Below, in pieces: positions 15,859 to 20,000 of a stretch of 20,000 bases of DNA (position 1 is its first letter; every line of letters starts with the position of its first letter). The translations under genes and the position numbers were made by a program. The notes under the pieces were generated by a model. That model had not been told where the DNA came from and searched no databases. It saw only the letters and a program-made list of their open reading frames with translations. The stretch is from an uncultured virus (IMG/VR IMGVR_UViG_3300022552_000007) (taxonomy: Duplodnaviria > Heunggongvirae > Uroviricota > Caudoviricetes): IMG/VR virus record IMGVR_UViG_3300022552_000007. The stretch is one strand, 5' to 3'.

Positions 15859-15920
15859 TTTGCTGACGGGCCGGGATTCCCCGCCCCGGCTCCTGCTATG
15901 CGGTCACCGCCGTCAGCAAA
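15859..15920 (-). ncRNA. Candidate structured intergenic RNA element (branched stem-loop)
   Basis: A perfect 11-bp closing stem TTTGCTGACGG/CCGTCAGCAAA encloses a GCCGGG/CCCGGC hairpin and occupies nearly the whole intergenic gap. Confidence 0.4.
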
Positions 15921-15923
15921 TTG

Positions 15924-16115
15924 CTACATCCAATGACCATATCGCGCATCATGCGGCAACTTGGGCACATCGTCCCACGTAAACGGAAGCTCCAGTTGAA
16001 TAGGTGGAGCCTTTCGGGCATTGATCATGCGAAAATGTATATGAAATAATTTCAACCACTGCTCTTGTTCCGATTTTGAAATAGAAACAAAGTCTTTGGC
16101 GATATGAGCGCTCAT
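15924..16115 (-). CDS. 63-aa hypothetical protein with a QLELPF motif
   Basis: ATGA overlap with the SbcC-like stop; GGAGG lies upstream. Confidence 0.55.
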   Translation of the reverse strand: MSAHIAKDFVSISKSEQEQWLKLFHIHFRMINARKAPPIQLELPFTWDDVPKLPHDARYGHWM

Positions 16116-16711
16116 CGTCCCACCTCCACCACGTTATCCGCAGCCTCTGCCAGCTTTTGCGAGTGCGTTACCATAATAAACTGCACTCCGGCCTGTTCCG
16201 CTATTTCTCGTAGCACCTCCCCAGCTACGGGGTGTAAGTCTTCCTGCAAAAACCTGAACGGCTCATCCATCAACATAATGGGCCGGGGCCTGGGTCGCAA
16301 TTGGCCCCACAAGGCCACCCTAAGCCCCCAGGCGGCCACTTCGACCGGCCCACCACCCGCTAATAGCTGCCCACTTGGCAATACCGGTTTAAAGCGCTGT
16401 CCTGAACGTTCGAATTGTATTGTAGCATCTATGGTGCCACGAGCAGTAGGTGTAAATTCAATCACTACCCGGTACGGATCAGGAAATACCGAACGCAATG
16501 CGTGAGAAGCCACTGAAGACAGTCGTGCGGAGATTCGTTGCTGCAACGATTCGCCCACAGTAGTTACAATTGTCATGGCGGCTTCGCACAAACGCTTTTG
16601 CCGCATGGCTTCCTTGCGATTGTCCAGCGCTTCGGCCTTTTGTGCTTCGTACACGCTGCGTCTTCCGGCAGCTTCGGCTACTTTTGTTTTCAACTCCGCG
16701 AGCCTATTCAC
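16112..16711 (-). CDS. Rad50/SbcC-like ABC ATPase, C-terminal half only
   Basis: A coiled coil is followed by a signature-like LAGGG, Walker B IMLMDEP and H-loop IMVTH; there is no Walker A. The GTG at 16711 has an AGGAG RBS. Confidence 0.8.
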   Translation of the reverse strand: MNRLAELKTKVAEAAGRRSVYEAQKAEALDNRKEAMRQKRLCEAAMTIVTTVGESLQQRISARLSSVASHALRSVFPDPYRVVIEFTPTARGTIDATIQFERSGQRFKPVLPSGQLLAGGGPVEVAAWGLRVALWGQLRPRPRPIMLMDEPFRFLQEDLHPVAGEVLREIAEQAGVQFIMVTHSQKLAEAADNVVEVGR

Positions 16712-16946
16712 CGGCCAACTCCTCGATCTCATCCAACAGTTTGTTCAATTCCACCTGCACTTTTTCCAACTCTTTTTTCCACTTGTTTACTACCTTTTGT
16801 GCTTTGGCTCGGTCTTTGGTCTTGGTCAGCTTTTCTAGTTCATCCTCCAACCCTTCGATGCGTCCCCAAAGTTGATCGACATTACTCTGCGCTTCCGCCA
16901 ACATTCGTTCATATTTTTGAATTCGCTCTAGTTTATCCATTTTCAT
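16704..16946 (-). CDS. 80-aa coiled-coil protein between the Mre11 and Rad50-C genes
   Basis: Heptad-rich sequence that overlaps both neighbours. Confidence 0.75.
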   Translation of the reverse strand: MKMDKLERIQKYERMLAEAQSNVDQLWGRIEGLEDELEKLTKTKDRAKAQKVVNKWKKELEKVQVELNKLLDEIEELAGE

Positions 16947-17821
16947 TATTCCCCCAGTATCTTCCTTTGGACTTCCGCCCGTGTTTTGCGTTTCCGGAAA
17001 TAGGTTTCCAACGCTGATCTAAAATCCAATTCATCTCCATCCACTGCCGCATCCAACAATTCGCCCACAGCTTCCAAGTTTCCCGCCCATGCCGCAGCTA
17101 ATTCTTCCTTGGAAGTGTCTATCACTGCTTTTGGATTATACGGTGGCTCTGCCCGCTCCACCTGCCCATCTTCGTAGTAATAGAACCCTGGTGCGTGAGT
17201 CTCAGTCGTGCGCTGCCGTGTCATGCTGCCGGGGTTCACCAACCAGCGCCCCTTGTACTCTTCTACAAAAGGTTGATGGTTATCTCCGGTGACGATCAGA
17301 TCGTACTGTGGAAATTGCTTGAGCAGTTTCTTGGCCATTGTCGCTGATTCTGCTTGTCCCGGATATGTAGCATCCTTTGGGTCCTTTAGCACCATTAAAT
17401 GAGCCACTGCAACGCGGGCTTTTTTCTGGCTTTTTTGTATCTTTTCGCCCCAAGCGAACCCTGCTACGTGATCTATACAATTTCGCACTGCGCCTGCTGC
17501 TAATAAAACGCCTAAATTACTGCGGTGAAGTTGATTCAACTGGTGGTATGGCAAATCATGCTGCCCTGGAATTACAAATATCGGGACATTGGACCATTTA
17601 TTAAAAACATTGATAACCCGCCAAAACATCCAGGAAGGCCAGCCCGTGGCTCGGTGGCAAATATCTCCCGCCATTAAAACAGTGGCGTGTTTTTTGTCCG
17701 CAAACTCAAGGATAAAAGACAATTTCTTGAGTTGGGTATCCACCCATTCGTCGGTGCTTTCCGCTCGACATAACGGCTTGTCCGGCCGTAGGTGCAGGTC
17801 CGCACAGCAGACATATCGCAT
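16946..17821 (-). CDS. Mre11/SbcD-like metallophosphoesterase nuclease
   Basis: ADLHL, AGDI, PGQHD, AH, GDNHQ and NPGSMTR motifs; adjacent to the Rad50-like gene; AAAGGA RBS. Confidence 0.88.
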   Translation of the reverse strand: MRYVCCADLHLRPDKPLCRAESTDEWVDTQLKKLSFILEFADKKHATVLMAGDICHRATGWPSWMFWRVINVFNKWSNVPIFVIPGQHDLPYHQLNQLHRSNLGVLLAAGAVRNCIDHVAGFAWGEKIQKSQKKARVAVAHLMVLKDPKDATYPGQAESATMAKKLLKQFPQYDLIVTGDNHQPFVEEYKGRWLVNPGSMTRQRTTETHAPGFYYYEDGQVERAEPPYNPKAVIDTSKEELAAAWAGNLEAVGELLDAAVDGDELDFRSALETYFRKRKTRAEVQRKILGE

Positions 17822-17843
17822 TTTGTTATTCCTTTCTTATGAA

Positions 17844-17984
17844 TCATTCTTTTAGCGGCATGGCGTTTTCCATGTCGAGCATCTGCTGCCATAGGTCGGG
17901 AAAGTGCCGGCGTAGAGTTCTCAGCTCTCCAAGACGCTGAAGCGGGCAACAGAAACACGACACGCGGTCCCACGGTAAAAACAC
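17844..17984 (-). pseudogene. C-terminal remnant of a phage PAPS-reductase-family protein
   Basis: Manual translation gives VFLPWDRVSCFCCPLQRLGELRTLRRHFPDLWQQMLDMENAMPLKE. RVSCxCCP...EL...FPxLW is the C-terminal Cys motif of that family, and the N-terminal domain is absent. Confidence 0.55.
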
Positions 17985-17986
17985 CC

Positions 17987-18202
17987 CTATTTCATTTCAA
18001 GCCACTCCCTGATAATCAGCGGGATAAAGTCGTCAAAGTCATCCACTTCGCTGACCTTTATTCCCCAGGTTGCCATCCGGCGCAATAGCGATAGCGGGAC
18101 AACATGGATGGCCGATAGGCCGGGAAGTGCCATAGACTCGTTAAGATCGATAGCCGTTCTGTTGTCTTCGTAGTGCAACTTGCAGGGCAATAACTTTTTC
18201 AT
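17987..18202 (-). CDS. Hypothetical protein
   Basis: GGAAGG RBS; tight packing with its neighbours. Confidence 0.6.
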   Translation of the reverse strand: MKKLLPCKLHYEDNRTAIDLNESMALPGLSAIHVVPLSLLRRMATWGIKVSEVDDFDDFIPLIIREWLEMK

Positions 18203-18206
18203 TTAA

Positions 18207-18485
18207 TCACCTTCCCTGATCTGCTGCTACTGCCTCCATGCCATGCTTGTACCCGTGCATGAACGCCATCAGATAGTGAAACCCGATCCTGGCAATCTCA
18301 TCCCCTGCCGCGCCGTGAGTCTCAAGCACTTGGCGGATGTGCTGCCAGTGGTGATCTGCGAGCTTCGCTGCCGTCAGATAGTGAAACCCGATCCTCGTAA
18401 TCTCGTCCTCTGTCGCACCACGAGCCTCAAGCACTTGGCGGATACACTTCAAGTGTTGGTTTGCAAGCTTCTCGGCTGTTTCCAT
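18207..18485 (-). CDS. Hypothetical protein with an internal 35-aa duplication
   Basis: AAAGGA RBS; KLA...IRQVLE..GA..DEI.RIGFHYL occurs twice. Confidence 0.75.
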   Translation of the reverse strand: METAEKLANQHLKCIRQVLEARGATEDEITRIGFHYLTAAKLADHHWQHIRQVLETHGAAGDEIARIGFHYLMAFMHGYKHGMEAVAADQGR

Positions 18486-18578
18486 CGGTTGTTCCTTTCA
18501 TCCTGCAAACATTTTCAATCGGGCACCCGTCTTCAAAAACCCCTTCCTTCTACCTCATACACAAATCCGGCCGCACCA

Positions 18579-18869
18579 TCATGGCTCTATTCTCCTGCTA
18601 TCCAGGCCTGCCAGGATTGCCAGGCGTGCCTGCTTCCGCCGCTTGTAGGCGTCAATCAATTCGCCATCAAAAATCAGGCGCATCTGCTCCAGCATGATTT
18701 CCACGTCCGCAATCTCCTCTAGCAAGCCGGTCAGCGATACACGATCCCGGCGGAAGCGGTTCACCGCGGCCACCAGTTCGCCACACTCTTCTACCAGCAT
18801 ATTTAGCTGGCTCTCCGCCCCCCACTTCTCCAAGGCCGTGCGGTAAACCCGCGTTGCGCCTTCCATCAT
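18579..18869 (-). CDS. MazG-like nucleotide pyrophosphohydrolase
   Basis: WGAESQLNMLVEECGEL...EEIADVEIM (EExxE...EExAD) motif; AAAGGA RBS. Confidence 0.8.
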   Translation of the reverse strand: MMEGATRVYRTALEKWGAESQLNMLVEECGELVAAVNRFRRDRVSLTGLLEEIADVEIMLEQMRLIFDGELIDAYKRRKQARLAILAGLDSRRIEP

Positions 18870-18962
18870 CGTTTCCTTTCATCCTATTCAAGCGCCCAAT
18901 CCACTTACCCATTTGTCTAATTGATCTTCTACTTTCATGATTTCCCTAAATACATTGAATTC

Positions 18963-19724
18963 TCACCACGCTTCTGCTTCCTCTCGTGTCAGAAAGAAAT
19001 GAATGCCGTGGCTGCAATATATCCGCTCGTCTGGATCATACTTATCTGGTGCGGTGCATTTACCGACGCGATAGATTGTTTTTGAGTCATAACCCCCACA
19101 ACACTCCTTTAAAGGGTGTCCATTTTTACCTTCAATTTCGAGAGTAATCACATACTCTGCGCGGCATTTTCGGTTTGTTAAGCAGAATGTTCGTCTGGCC
19201 CATGAGGGGATTTTGAGTTTGATTATTTCTCCGTTCCTGCCCTTTTTCCAAGCTACAAATGAACCAGAAGAGGGCACTATACTTTGTGGGCTTAATTTTG
19301 CGTTCCACAGTTTAGCTCCATTCAGAGCAGCATTTCTTAGATCAGCATTTCTTAGATCAGCATTTCTTAGATCAGCATTTCTTAGATCAACATTTCTTAA
19401 ATCGGCACCATTTAAATTAGCTTCGCATAAATTAGCCCAGCACAGAGAAGCCCCCCTTAAATTAGCATTTCTTAAATTAGCTTTCTTTAAAGTAGCTCTA
19501 AGTAAAACAGCCCATTTTAAAGTAGCTTCATTTAAATTAGCTTTATATAGATCAACATAGCTTAGATTAGCGCTTGTTAAATCAGTTTTACATAAAAACG
19601 CTTGCCGTAAATTGGTTTTGCGCAGATTGGCTTTGCTCAAATCAGCCCAACTTAAATCAGCGCCTACTAGTGTACCCCCATCTACAGACAGGAGAGTTTT
19701 GCCAGATTTAGATTTGATTTCCAC
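18963..19724 (-). CDS. Pentapeptide-repeat protein with a C-terminal DUF5758-like domain
   Basis: A(D/N)Lxx repeats are followed by AWKK...IIKLKIP...RKCRA...YRVG...CSHGIHFFLTREEA. GTG start with AGGAG RBS. Confidence 0.88.
   Translation of the reverse strand: MEIKSKSGKTLLSVDGGTLVGADLSWADLSKANLRKTNLRQAFLCKTDLTSANLSYVDLYKANLNEATLKWAVLLRATLKKANLRNANLRGASLCWANLCEANLNGADLRNVDLRNADLRNADLRNADLRNAALNGAKLWNAKLSPQSIVPSSGSFVAWKKGRNGEIIKLKIPSWARRTFCLTNRKCRAEYVITLEIEGKNGHPLKECCGGYDSKTIYRVGKCTAPDKYDPDERIYCSHGIHFFLTREEAEAW
19328..19387 (-). repeat. 15-nt perfect tandem repeat x4 (DLRNA units)
   Basis: CAGCATTTCTTAGAT occurs four times on the + strand, plus one degenerate copy. Confidence 0.9.
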
Positions 19725-19756
19725 CTTAGTCTCCTGAATTGACTCTATTCATAGAG

Positions 19757-19954
19757 CTAATACGCCAAGTAACACGCCAAGCACAGCGCACCAAATGGCA
19801 CACCAAAAAGCAAGCCGATCACCATTCCGGCCTTGACCCCGGCAGTAAATCCACTTGCGTAGATTTGCCGGTGTAAATTTTTTGTGCTTTCTATTCGCTG
19901 CTTAATTTCCTGTACAGAATCAACGTATTGGCCTTCTTCTTCAAACCTAAACAT
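19757..19954 (-). CDS. 65-aa protein with a C-terminal TM helix
   Basis: AAAGGAGG RBS before the ATG at 19954; hydrophobic Gly-rich C-terminus. Confidence 0.65.
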   Translation of the reverse strand: MFRFEEEGQYVDSVQEIKQRIESTKNLHRQIYASGFTAGVKAGMVIGLLFGVPFGALCLACYLAY

Positions 19955-20000
19955 CACGGGCCTCCTTTCTTGATGGGCTGCCCGCACAAGGGGCATATTG
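19954..20000 (-). CDS. 3' end of a gene entering from beyond the window, ending ICPLCGQPIKKGGP* (Rad50 zinc-hook-like)
   Basis: Manual translation of 19998-19954; TGATG overlap with the next gene. Only 14 codons are visible. Confidence 0.5.
   Translation of the reverse strand, partial: ICPLCGQPIKKGGP

Noticed and set aside
15859..15920. tRNA gene
   Set aside because: It is too short and has no T-loop TTCRA, no anticodon arm and no CCA end. It is retained only as a candidate structured RNA.
18269..18478. Possible DGR template/variable repeat pair (also considered for the tail repeats)
   Set aside because: The copies are adjacent within one ORF, mismatches are not adenine-specific, and no reverse transcriptase is in the window.
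1..20000. Integrase, att site, transposase or non-standard genetic code
   Set aside because: None was recognised. Genes pack tightly under the standard code and all three stop codons are used.

Overview
The window is part of a tailed (siphovirus-like) dsDNA phage or prophage, probably from a Gram-negative host, with two convergent arms. The plus arm (1-12086) is a late tail operon. It runs from a 5'-truncated tape measure gene through three paralogous distal-tail-like domains (the third fused to a repeat scaffold), two paralogous LamG/ConA-like proteins, DUF1833, NlpC/P60, a TipJ-like tail tip and an FN3 protein, and ends in a holin-like cassette with no visible endolysin or spanin. A 13-bp hairpin at 12114-12145 separates the arms. 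The minus arm (12189-20000) holds early/middle accessory genes: a KdsB-like CMP-Kdo synthetase, micro membrane proteins, a paralogue pair, a DnaJ-type Zn-finger miniprotein, DUF5662, Mre11/SbcD, MazG-like and pentapeptide-DUF5758 genes, and a PAPS-reductase-like remnant. The most interesting candidates are: (1) a repeat scaffold with nine RxTxxYxE motifs and nine (F/L)DG motifs that may dock multiple lectin-like adhesins; (2) an apparently fragmented Rad50/SbcC, whose zinc-hook-ending piece is just visible at the window edge; (3) a phage KdsB with altered acidic motifs; (4) a cationic Trp-rich peptide in the lysis cassette; (5) structured intergenic RNAs in the leftward transcript. All family calls come from motif recognition by eye; no searches were run.
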